Made by a program: the position numbers and the translations under genes. From the NCBI GenBank assembly GCA_051294375.1, contig CM119263.1, positions 6,296,932 to 6,360,931 of the forward strand: 64,000 bases of DNA, given 5' to 3'. Below are positions 39,734 to 51,374 of this stretch, piece after piece. Within the stretch, counting starts at the first letter, position 1, and each line of letters starts with the position of its first letter. The notes beneath the pieces were generated by a model. The model worked only from the letters and a program-made list of their open reading frames with translations. It did not search any database and was not told the DNA's origin. This DNA comes from Paraspadella gotoi (lineage: Eukaryota > Animalia > Chaetognatha).

Positions 39734-40875
39734 TTAACTAACAATTCATTTTCTACCTCAAACATAAAATAAATTTTTAAAAAATTATTATTTATTATAA
39801 AATTCTAAAATTTGGATTACTGAACAAAAAAAATGTATATTATTGCGCAAACTAAGACTCGACGCTAGAGGGAAAACAAAATTAAATGCATTAACAAACC
39901 ACCGACCGGTGGTACCTAAGATTGTCGGACGTCGAATAGTAAATTTTTTATTAAGCACAAAGAGAAGAATACAAATATCGATTATTGGCAGTAAGGCGAC
40001 GGGTCATTCAGCCTTTTTATATTTCTCATGGAAAAGATCGAAAGAAATGTTTTAAAAAATGGATCAATAATTATTTCCGAGTTGAATATATACCAACGTT
40101 ACAATAATTTTAATATGCCCTTATTATTAAAGCTCTAGCTAAAACATGAAATTTGACATTCGATAAAGAAAGTAAAAATAACTTTGAAAAACTTTTAACT
40201 TCTCGTAAGAATTTCATTTTAAAAGTTGGTGAAATTTCAAAAGTCGTCACGCTTTGCCAAAATCCCTCACAGCTGCTTTCCTCTGAAATCTTCACACACA
40301 AACGATTATCCGCTTAATCCCTCCTTGTTTTTCTCTTTCCCTCTCTCTTCAATTTTTTTTCCTGTGTATCTCTAAAAGCTTCAGCCAGTGGGAGAGCAGG
40401 CACCCCTTCTCTTTTTTTTTGGTTCAATATTCAATCCGATGTTGAAGTTTCCAAGAACCAACTTCTCTTCCTCCTTTGTTCCTGCGATGCTCGATTGTTT
40501 AGTTGCCAACTTCTGTTCTTGTATAATCTTGTTTATAAACAGTAGGTAGCGCGACGAGTCTTCCGAAGTATTTCTTTTCAGTCTTTCTTAAAGTTAAACA
40601 AATGATAAAGTTTAGGGTCTATGATATCCTACCAATAGTACGTACCAGTACGTACGAATGAGCCATCGCAAGCTATGACTACACCGTTAACACTTTTTTT
40701 TTTAAATAATTTTCAAAAAACAAATTACTCAGTAAATCAAGTCTTTTTTTTTCTCAATTTTTTATTTCACATTATTTCAATTTTTAGTTCATCGGGGCTC
40801 CGTTACTCGCCAGTAACTCCACTCCACTCCACTCCTTCCACTCCACTCCACATCCTCCTCCTTCACAACCTCCTA

Positions 40876-43800
40876 TTATTCCTCCGTCGCATCGTCGAAA
40901 GAGTCCCTGTCCTCCTCATCGACCTCCTCCTCCTCCGCCGTTCGGCGGTGGCCGAGTCGGAAATCCTTGAAGCGCAAATATCCGTTGATGACGATGGCGT
41001 GGTGATGAAGAAGCAAGTCGCCCACCTCGAACTGGCATCCGTCGTTGATGGCGAGGGGCACGCCCACGTCGCCGATCAGAGAGAGTTGGGGGATCAGCTC
41101 CACTGGAAGGGCGGGATTCGAGACGGAGTTGACGTCGGCACTCGTTAACGAGGCGTCACAAACCTCTTTCTTACCTATGAGCATATTCTCCACGATTTCC
41201 AAAATTGTGGTCCACGTCGTCCGTTTGATTTCTTCCGATTTCGTCAAAAAACTCTCCGTTCGGTTCTCCATCGCCTGACGGTCAAACGAATTTATTATTA
41301 TTGATTAATTACTAAAAATAAAAAAATAAAAAAAGCTGACTTCGTTAAAATTTAGCATATAAAAATGAAAATAAAAACCCATAAAATACTTTGATAAATT
41401 AATTTCTTAATTTTATACAATAGTAGGCCCCAGTGAGCTATATTTATATATAGTAATAAGTATTTAATAGGCTAAAATTTCAAAATACAAATTTTTAAAT
41501 TTTAAGATTGTATTTGGATTCCTTGAAAAAGTTGATAAAAGAAAGTATAATTCTTTTAAAAAAAAATATTTTATTAAGTTGGTCAAAAATGTAGAAAACT
41601 ATATTTAAGACGCCGATTTTCAATTTCTATCTTAAAAAATATAGTTTTTTGTAATTTTAACCTACTTAATAACATAATTTTTGAAAAAAGATTTCTATTT
41701 TCTTTTATCAACTTTTAATGAGGAATCTGAATCTGTTCTCAGAATTAAAAAAAAAAAACATTTTAAAATTTTGACATTATATAAGGGTATTACTATTACT
41801 AAGCTGACATGGCTACTATATTTATAAAAAAAAAATAACTATAGATTAGTATTCACTAATATGATAGTTTTCTCTTCACCCTAGTGACCAGTGACCACCT
41901 TCCGACTAAAACGAGCAGAAGCGTCGCAATTCTTAAGAGCGAATTCGAACTTCACTTCCATCCCACTTCCGCCACCATTTCACCCAATCACATCAAATCC
42001 TCGCCACATTCTCCTCTTATTTTCCCCCCCAATTCCACCGACCACCTCAATTGCCCCCCCCCACCACCCATTACCCCCTCCCCGCCTCCCCCCCGCTTTA
42101 CTTCGAACTCGGACCCGATGGATTTTTTCTCGAAAGAAAATCTGACGACGAAATCTTTGTCGAACTTCGGTTCCATGTGAAAAAGGATGTCGTGTCGCGA
42201 CTTGTGAAAGAGGCTCCAGCGTCGCAGAGACTCTTCGCGGATCTGTTTGAAGGCGGATTGACGGGCTGCTTGACGTTGGAGGCGCTGGTGGCTAAGGATT
42301 TAACCGAGCATGTCGATCTTCCACGTCCGCCGCACCCGTCACGAATCCTGAAGAAGGTATTGGGGTAGTTGGGGAGTTTGGAGATGTCGAAGGGGTCGAA
42401 TGAAACTTTCTAAAGCAAACAAAAAAACGTCCTCAGTTCACTTCTTTTTTTTAATCTCGTTTCATTTCTGCTGTTGGGGAAAATTTTTTTTGTGGATTCG
42501 TCAAAAGACTCAATTCGATAAACTCGAAACTGAAATGTCAATCTTTCTTCTCCCATATTCTTCGTCCCTTATACTCGATATTCATGCCTCATTGCAATTT
42601 CGTCAAACGCCATCTCATCCAACTCCATTCGTCTAACTTTTTCAAATCCTACATCCATCTTTTCCGACTCCAGCCCAGCCAAGCCCCCCCATCCCTTTCC
42701 TCCTTCCCCTTTCAACTTCCAACCCTCCAACCGCTGAGCTTCATGACGATTCCATCCGGCGAGATGAAGATATGCGGTCGCTCCTTCAGCGCCGCCTCCA
42801 CAAAGATGTTATGCGGCGCCACTCGAGTGAAGGTCAGGATGTAGCGCTGCAGATAATGGGGCAGCGCCGCCCAGTCGGACTCGGCAAAGTCGGCCAGGCG
42901 CAGTTTGTGAATCCAGAAGGGGATCGTGTTCAGGGTAAACTCGCTGAAAATGAATTCGAATTGAGTGATAATTCTTAATTAATGTAGTTTTGTGGTTTTG
43001 TTTGAGAGTTTAACGTTTACAGTCACGAAGTATATTAATAACAATATGTAACACTTGTTCAAAACATTCATATCGTGCCATCCATGTCGAAAAAAAAAAC
43101 ACATTGTACAAATTGAATATTTGTGCATAAACATGTAAACATAAACATATTAAACGTAAAATATATCATTCCCGACCGACCTAATGCAATAGCAGAGGTG
43201 CTTTTCGATTCCCCTCGTCTTCGGCAGGTTGGCCATGTTGGGAACCTGACCCATTGAAATGTCGTAGATGGTCGTCGAAAAGGGATGACGCAACGCTGGA
43301 TCGTCTTCCTCCTCGGGAGATCGCGGTCGCCCCTTCTTGGCTGAAAAATTTGGAGGGGCGGAGGGGGTACTTGCAAATTGATAACCGAGTCGTCAGAACT
43401 TTGTAGACTATCCTGAGATAAAGAGGTAGAATTGGTCCATGTATTGTTGCTTGATTGATTGATTAAATAATTGTTTGGTTTATCAACTCGTTTGATAGAT
43501 CGCCTTTTAAAATTTTGTATACTACCCAGTACCCACTCATCAACCAACAAAATCATAACCCTTCAGTCTCTAAACCCATCTCTCTATCAAACCCCCTCCC
43601 ATCCTCGCTAATCTCACCCGCCCTGATGTCCAGCCATCGCAACACGTCTTCAGTGGGCACGATGACGCTGCTGAGCTGCCAGGCGCACCAATTCGCGTCC
43701 ACGTAGATATCGTTCTCGAAAAGATTCCCGACGTAGAAGGCGGTGCCGAGGATGAGGCCCGGCAGCGGGAAGGAGACCGGGAGCAGCTGGACGATCTCCT

Positions 43801-45217
43801 TGAGATTCGCGTTGGCCATGTCCTCGATCTGGCGGCTCAACTCTTGCGGTTTTTTCCACAGATTTCGAAAGGACGGGAGGGCCAAGTTGATGATGCCTTA
43901 AATAGGGAAAGGGGGGGGGATATAAGCTATTGGTCGGAGCCGGGAAAAGCGGGAGATGATCAGGAAGGTCTACGGTTTTCCACTAGTAATTTTTGATCTT
44001 CGATTTTCGTCCGTTATTTTGTCGTCATCGTCGTGATCATTTTCGTCGTCGTCGTCGTCGTCGTCCTTCTCTTCGTCCTCTTCCTTTACCTTGGGTCATC
44101 ATTCCTTTGCTCTTCATTTTAATGTCGACGTCTTCAGCCTCGACCTCCACGCCACCCGACGGAATGTATAACCTTTAAGGATTCGATTACATTCCCAAGT
44201 TAACAATAAGACACGATTCTTTGATAAACATCGCATGCAATTTCAAATTTAGGAAGATAACGGTGATCTTGGAGTTAATGTTAATGTTATGTTAATGTTA
44301 GAGTGAAAATGATGTTAATGATGATGATTTTGATTACGATGATGATAACGGCGATGTTAAAATTGAAGATTTTCATTATGAATTGAGGCTACCCTGGACG
44401 TCGATGTCGTCGTCGAAGATGACGCTGATGACGACTGACCTGAGTTCCTTCTCCGGAGTCAATTCAATGTTCATTGTGATGGCGATCTTCAGCTTCTTAA
44501 ACATCAAAAAGAAAGTTCCCGAATCGTGCCAATGCAGAAGACCTTTCTTTTTTTTTTCGCGCGGAGAGAAAAGGGTTTTTTTTCCCCGTTACTTTTATTA
44601 ACAGAGTAATACGATCACCCGGTAATTTCAAATCATCGTGGATCACCTTGTAGTCGTAAAACCATTTTCCGTTGATGGAAAAGTCGATGACGATGGATCC
44701 TTTGAAACCTTGATCTTCCACAATTTCTGCGGGATGATATTGGGATTTAATTATAACTATTTTAAATTTCATATGAATATTTTGCCAAACAATTGTTTTT
44801 AATTTTGAAACGGTAGATTCAAAAGCCTCGCTCATTCCACAAGTAATCACCCCATCTAATCCTTCCCTCCTCACCCAGCACGGGGTCCTGCTCCTGCATC
44901 AAGGGACACTTGAGGTCGTTCCAGGCGAACTTGAGGTGCTGGCCGTTGCTGCTCTCTCCGTCGGGGATGCCCTTGTCCAGGATGTCGTGGAGTTTGACGA
45001 GGAACGACTCCTTGAGGAAGACGAGTCCCGATCGGTTAAACTTGGAGTGGAGTCCGGGATTCAGCTTCTCCCGCGCCACGAAGTCACGGCGCTGCGCCTC
45101 CACCGTCAACTTCCGCGCCGCTGCTTCGGCCGCAGCGGCGTGTGGCGTGGACGGCGACGTCGCCGAGAGAGATATGGACGATGGTCCCGCCTCCATCTCT
45201 GAGATATGTCGCCTCAT
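40876..45217 (-). CDS. BPI/LBP/CETP/PLTP (TULIP) superfamily lipid-binding protein, two-barrel type, no signal peptide seen
   Basis: Exons 45217-44875, 44726-44647, 44546-44440, 44172-44090, 43896-43618, 43340-43181, 42943-42732, 42347-42102 (contains indels) and 41274-40876 (possible 72-nt in-frame intron). NPGLHSKFNRSGLVFLKESFLVKLHDILDKGIPD resembles the BPI N-terminus NPG..RI..KGLDY...L..I.IPD. Also INGKWFYDYK, HDSGTFFL, LKEIVQLLPV, CISEFTLNT, RPHIFISPDGI, and LIPQLSLIGDVGVPL..LLLHHHAIVINGYL resembling the BPI C-terminal VLP.VN..L..GFPLP segment. Confidence 0.72.
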
Positions 45218-45769
45218 GGCGTCGGTGCTCGGCTTGTCATTTCGATTTTTGTCGATTTAAAAAAAAAAATTAGAAAAAAAAAATAAACAAAATTCGTGTA
45301 AAAAAAAATTTAAAAGAAGATGTCTTAAAAAATGTCGTCGGTAAAGGAGGATTTTAAAGTTTTCTTTTTAACACTTTAAATCGTTCAAGTCAACTTTTGG
45401 GTTCAATCTGAACCTGTGGCGTTTCTTACCTAAACGAAACGATCGTCGCTTTTGACTTTACTCGCCGCCGCCTCATCCTTCGTCTCAGAAATCCGGCGTC
45501 GTTTCTCTGCTTCCATTTTTTGGTACACAGTTTTGTAGGATTTGACTTCAAATTTCCCGCTGAAATTAAATGCTTTTTAAATCCCAAATCACTACACTTA
45601 ATCACTACAAAATCACTACACTTAACGAACAGTCGGTTTATAAGACCAAACAAGGACATGAATTCATATCCATATCCACCTATATCCAATTACCATATCA
45701 AATATCACAGGCTTGTTGCAATGTTACACGAAGAATACCTCTCAACTTGACGCCGAACTGAACTAATAT

Positions 45770-45957
45770 GGCAACCTGGGGACATGTGAGATGCCTGGGG
45801 TGTGAGCCATCTCCCGACCACCCCATGTCGCTGGCGTGCTAGGCCGACACCATCACACTTTAACCAGCATGACCATGAAGGGATGGAACCCTGAACTCAC
45901 GGTTGGTGAACGAGTATAGCTGTCCAAGCTATACGGGAGGCGAATCTAGGATTCGCC
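45770..45957 (-). mobile_element. Possible tRNA-derived SINE or structured repeat
   Basis: GC-rich island; the minus strand has an A-box-like TAGCTTGGACAG and a B-box-like GGTTCCATCCC at tRNA-like spacing, followed by self-complementary segments. Confidence 0.3.
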
Positions 45958-46277
45958 ATATAAACTTTCTTTTACATGTGGTTAAATATAGTGAGAATTG
46001 TTTGTAAATATTTATGTATAATTTAAGCTTAATATATTATAATTTATAAATGATCAAGTGCTCTGTATTTATGTCTTTTGTCCGGTGTGTCATAATCATA
46101 ATACGTTCGTATATAAGTACAATTGTACATAAAACAAATCATCATTATTATTATAAATTCAAGTTGTCTCATAAGATTTATGAGACATCTTGAATTTATA
46201 ATAATGATTTATGATAAATATTCTTCAAAAATGAGAAAAATACAAGTATAAAAAAGTAACCACTTCTGTGATTGATA

Positions 46278-46779
46278 TTATTTTATTTTCGGCGGTGAAG
46301 TAAAGGCAAAGATGGGGACAGAGTCAGACTTGTAGGTCATATTGTCCAAAGATCCGATCTTTGCTCTCGCTTTTTTCTGAAACTGGAGTTTTTCTTTCAA
46401 AACGCTCGTTTGATCCGCGTCCTCCGATGCGGCGCGGCCCTGCGGGTGACGCCCCCACGGCGCCGGCGCTCCCTTGAACGCCAACGCCGCGTGACCCGCG
46501 GCGCCGTCGCCGCGTTTTCCGCCGTGATCACCGCCGGGCAAGGGGCGGTCGCGGTAGCCCGTGGCCGGAGCGCCCCCCTGCGATTTCCAGTGAAGGTTCT
46601 CCAGCGAGCCGACTTTAGCGAGGGCACGCCGAACCGCTTCCGGTCGGGCAGCCTCCCGCGCTGCCGAGGATCCGGAAGCGGCGTCCGCATCGGAGGAGGA
46701 GGAAGAGGAGGCACCGTGGCGTTGGTAAAAGTGATGCTTCAATTTCCTCATCTTGTCGTGAGCGCGTTTGTCGAATTGC
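46278..46779 (-). CDS. Tau/MAP2/MAP4-family microtubule-binding-repeat protein, terminal exon
   Basis: ALAKVGSLENLHWKSQGG and EKLQFQKKARAKIGSLDNMTY match the tau/MAP repeat (compare [26 protein letters not shown]). Acceptor cccgctcaccag| at 46780; the frame is open from there through the ATG at 46751 to the stop at 46278. Confidence 0.78.
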
Positions 46780-48418
46780 CTGGTGAGCGGGATATTGGAG
46801 GCAGTTTATAAGTGGGACGTTTAATTTATAGTTCCTCCGCGTGTAACGCGAGTTAATAGAAATACCGTATCGTTAAACCATGCTATTAAACTATTTCATA
46901 CTTGTGTTGTAACGAGATCACCCAGAAATGCACCCACATTAGAAAGTTTCTGCTGTTTGGTCGATTAAACAAGCGTTTTACAGTCTACTTTTTGGCGTCA
47001 ATCCGATTTACCTTTAGTTTTACATTTTATTGGACGTTTTAATTTAATTCTCTACTCTTTCAGGCAGATATTTAGTTGCCTGTACTCTGCCGTAGTGACA
47101 AGTGGATAACATCGTCCGTTCCCGTTTTCTTACGACACAATGAAAAATAACGTGGCGAAACGGTCTAGTGCTGATTATATCCCTTTAAAGTTGTTTCTGA
47201 GCCAAATTAATTAATTGTTACTTTTGGTAATATATGCGATGTAAACTACTGAACATTACTATGTCTGACCATAACCCTTGACCATCAATAAAAAAACTAA
47301 CTAGATCAAAAATAGGGAAAAAATAAAGCAATATAGCACAAAATGCTTATAAAATTTTAGACCATTGCTTTTAATACAAAAAGAATATTAATATTATTAA
47401 AACAAAACTTTAACAATAACTTAATAGTTATCCGAGACCAAGATAGAAATAATGGATAATGAATAATAAATAATGGATTTCGAGTTAAAAAAAATTTTTC
47501 AATTTTTAAAAAATTAGCCTCTAGCCTTTTTATTTTTAGAGGCTTATTTTTTTTATTTTTTTGATATTTTGATTTTTTATGCAAAATCATAATTCTCAAT
47601 GAGCATAGGTTGAATAAACTTTTTTCAACAATTTGAAAAAAATTTAATTTTTTTAAATAGGCATTTTTGGGGAAATAATAAATAAATTGTTATACAATAA
47701 GTACATTTAAAAGAGTAAAACATTCTAACAAATTTAAAAATCTATAAAGAAATCTCTTAAATGCATATAATAAATAGAATTAAAATAATCAAATAAAGGT
47801 ACAATAAAGAAAGATCTGGGTCAAATTTTTTATTCTATTACAATTTTATGAATAAACATGAATAAGTAACTTTTTTTTTAAAAATATCATTTTTTACCTT
47901 ATATTCAGTCATATCTAAAAAACAAAAAAAGATTTTGCATTTATATTTTGTATATCAACATATAAAACTATAACGTTTCAAAAAATAAAAAGAAATATAA
48001 TAATATTGAGCAGTGAATTTTTTTTATGCACGGAACAGTAACGTTACGCCATTTTTCGAAGATGGTTAAAGAGTTCGGTCCCTATCTAATTACTTATTTA
48101 GTAAATTACAATTTAGATACGGTAAAGAATACGTTGGTCTTGTCTAATCGGATTCTACTCATCTAACTTGTTACATTTAAACATTAAATAAGCGTTAGAC
48201 ATAGACAGTATCCTAAGAAAAACAAAAACATTATTTCTAATGCTAAATAAATTATGTTTACAATTCACAAGTGGAAACAAGGCTGTTAAAAAAATCGAGC
48301 AATATGTAAAATATCGATGGAACAGGAAATGTCAACAAGGCACGCTGGATAAAAACGGCTAACTCTAAAATATCTTCTCATAAAATAACTAAACATAAAA
48401 AATTAAAACAGTATAAAA

Positions 48419-49865
48419 TTATAAAGGGTCTGAAAGAGTCAGACATCTCTGCCAACCCAAGCTTTCCACGAATCTGTTGATCTTCCGCCAAATTCCCTCC
48501 TCTTCCTCGCTTCGCTCTTCCCCCTTGGAGAACCAACTCTCAAAAGTCTTCCACACTGGACTCCGCAGCAGCGACGCTGGGTTCGCAGCGCCGCGCAGGA
48601 TGTCGCGGAAGAGGACGACCACGACGTCGGTGCACATGGCGCTAATCTCAAAGTGGGCGACGTTGTAGTCGCGGGCGAGGGCGCGGCGGTCGGCCGGCGT
48701 CACCGCCACCCGTGACGGCGCCTTGTCCAGCTTATTGGCGACGATGATGATGGGAACGTGCTGGAGTTTACGACGGCGAACTTGGGAGAAGAATTGGTGG
48801 AGCCACTCGAAGGAGACGCGGTCGACGATGGAGTAGACGAGGATGAAGCTGGAGCGAAATGAATGATGGAGCTCGATGAAAATGCAAAATGAGTGAAGAA
48901 TTTAAGTGAAACGTTGAAAAATGGAGCAGAATAATATTTAATTTACAAATAAAAGGATGAATATGATATAATTGATATAAATCAAGGATTAGGATGTTAA
49001 AATAAAAAAGAAAACGAAACAGAAGAAAGCGCCGACGATGACGAAATAAAGAAATAAGTAAAGGTAAGTAAGCTCCTCACCCGTCCGTCTTCCTCAGCTT
49101 CCGCTCATCGACAAAAAACAAAGGATTGCCGCTGTAGCCAACCTCGTCTAAAATGATGGTGTAGCTCCGCCCCTCCACCCGGAATCCCTCCACGCAGACC
49201 GTCTGTCGGAGCGACCTCGTGCGGCTGGTGACGAACCCTCCCAGCGCCATCTGCATGAGAATGGCCGATTTGCCGACGCAACTGTCTCCCAAGACGAAAA
49301 ACTGCCGCCGAATTTCCCTGAGGCCGGGCGGGGGTTCGGAGGGCGGAGCCTCGACCGAGTCAGACACGCAGAGTTCCGTGAGGTCGATCTTTTCGAAGGA
49401 ATCGTCGTCGACGAAGAGTTTGGTCAGATCCTCGTCCTCCTTCGCTTCTCTCGCTTTCTCAGGTTTCCCGCTTCTAATCTCCCTCCTCTCCACCTTTCCT
49501 TCCTCCCTCCCCTCCTCCTCCTCCACCACCACCGACTCGGACACATTGCGGCTCTGCGGCGGCGACGCGTTCGGCGACGACGACGTCGACGTCGATCCCG
49601 ATCGGATGCGCTGCTGCAGATCCGGGCGGAACGCGTTGATGTTTGACATGCAGAAATCGCAGATGCTCCCGGGGAGGATCACCCGGAAACAGATCTGGCA
49701 CGGGCTGCAGACGCAGCGGGCGTCGGCCGACGCGGAGGGCGGCAGTGCCGGCGGCTGCGGGATGCAGGCGCAGGTGCGGCAGTCGCAGCGTTCCAAGCGC
49801 GACGCGCAGTCTCTGTGGTGAGCCACTTTCCGACAGGAGGGGGAACGGCGGGGCGGCGGAAACAT
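48419..49865 (-). CDS. Atypical Ras-superfamily small GTPase with a long Cys-rich N-terminal extension, ~404 aa, 2 exons
   Basis: Exons 49865-49081 and 48848-48419 (phase 2, GT-AG). G1 VLGDSCVGKS; G3 ILDEVG; DGFILVYSIVDRVSF; G4 VPIIIVANKLD; G5 HFEISA; no CaaX box. Confidence 0.88.
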
Positions 49866-50376
49866 TGTTTGTGGAAGATTACGTAAGTTTACTTATTACC
49901 CTTTTTTTGGGTGCACGAAGAGTGCAAGAGGTGCAAAAGAGATTTTTTTTCGTATTATTCTAAAGTAAAACGTTTGCGGAATGTGGATTTCAAAAACTTT
50001 TGAGCCCCGAGAGATATCCTCGAAAATATTATTTCATTGAAATAATTTTTTTCAAGTTTTGTAAAATTGGATTTTGCGTTTTTGTTTCGAAACAAAAAAA
50101 TAAAGTTTCACAAACTTTTCGAAACTTGTAATCGAAAAAAATGTTGATGTTATGATTGCGAAGCGGTTTTTTGTTTTCTCCTTGTGAGATTCGCTTTATT
50201 CCTCCTGGATTTTTTGATAGTCGAAAATGTTGTCGCCAGTCAACATGTCACAACTTGGGGCTTGTGATTCAATTAAGTGCTTTTCGCGGGGAAATCGGGT
50301 AAAATGCTGAGTAACGTCTGGACGCCGCGATGAGATTTAAGAGAATCACAAAGGTGAGAGGACAAAGGTGAAGAGT

Positions 50377-50418
<42 letters not shown>

Positions 50419-51374
50419 TCACCATTAATAGTGAATAAGTTATTTTATACATAGCAACAAAAAACAAAATCATAAAATAACATATCATAAAATAGAAATA
50501 CCAAGTATTCAAAATAATCGTTAAGTGAGTTATAAAAATAAAAATAAAAATTGACACAGTCACATGAGGTTTTCCCCAGGCATCGTAAGAAACGAATGCA
50601 TCGACTGAAATGGCGTGGTCGTAGTAATTGTCGTCGTCGTGGACCATGGTCACTGGTCAGTCGCAGTTTCGGCTCACGATTGGTCAGTTTGTATCGGGTA
50701 AGTGATCGTCGCTTTCTTATTGGTGAAACTACCATGAGTTTTTTTTTTGTTTACCAATGGGTGTGGCCAATGGCCATTCAGTGTTTTTTATAGCGGGAAA
50801 ACACATCGTTTTGACTCGAACTATTTCAATGAACGATGAAGAAGAATACAAAGGAATCCTATTTCTTTGATGAGTAAACCGTATGTTGATGACCCGTACG
50901 TTGCTAAAAGACCCGTATGTTAAAGAGATGCCCGCATGAGATGCTTAGTCAAAGATCGTCTCTGTTCATTGGGGTTTGTTTGAGATTTTAATATTCAGTT
51001 AATACGTTTATAGTAGCTAACATTTTGTAAAATAAGTAACTCGAGTCTTGTAGCTAAGTTTGTTGTAAATTGATTGACTAGGCCTTTCGCTAATATTTTC
51101 AAAATAATAGACAGAAAATTTTATCGATAAGGGAACTTTTATTTTATTAATTTTTTTTATACGTAGAAACTAGAAATATTATTAGAAACCTATTTTCAAA
51201 TCTAGTTCGAACAATGAATAGACGCAAAAAAAAAAAAGACTGATATTGAATTTCCAATTTAGAATTTGTTTGAGAAACAATATCTCTTGTAGCACTTAAC
51301 ATATTTATTATAAGCCTTACCCAATTAAAATCACGAGAAAAAAAAACTACAACGCCGCATAAAAAAAAAAAACT

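Larger units (their letters stand above)
35870..43064. repeat. Direct tandem duplication of ~3.6 kb (copy 1 ~35870-39461, copy 2 ~39464-43064)
   Basis: Both copies start ttgtggttattgttgttgttgttaaagccgct and end atatgtaacacttgttcaaaa. Differences are mostly homopolymer indels, and the duplication begins just after a 25-N gap. Confidence 0.97.

Noticed and set aside
3508-45217. A functional lipid gene cluster (SMS, XK-like, BPI-like)
   Set aside because: The genes are interspersed with unrelated ones and show no evidence of co-regulation
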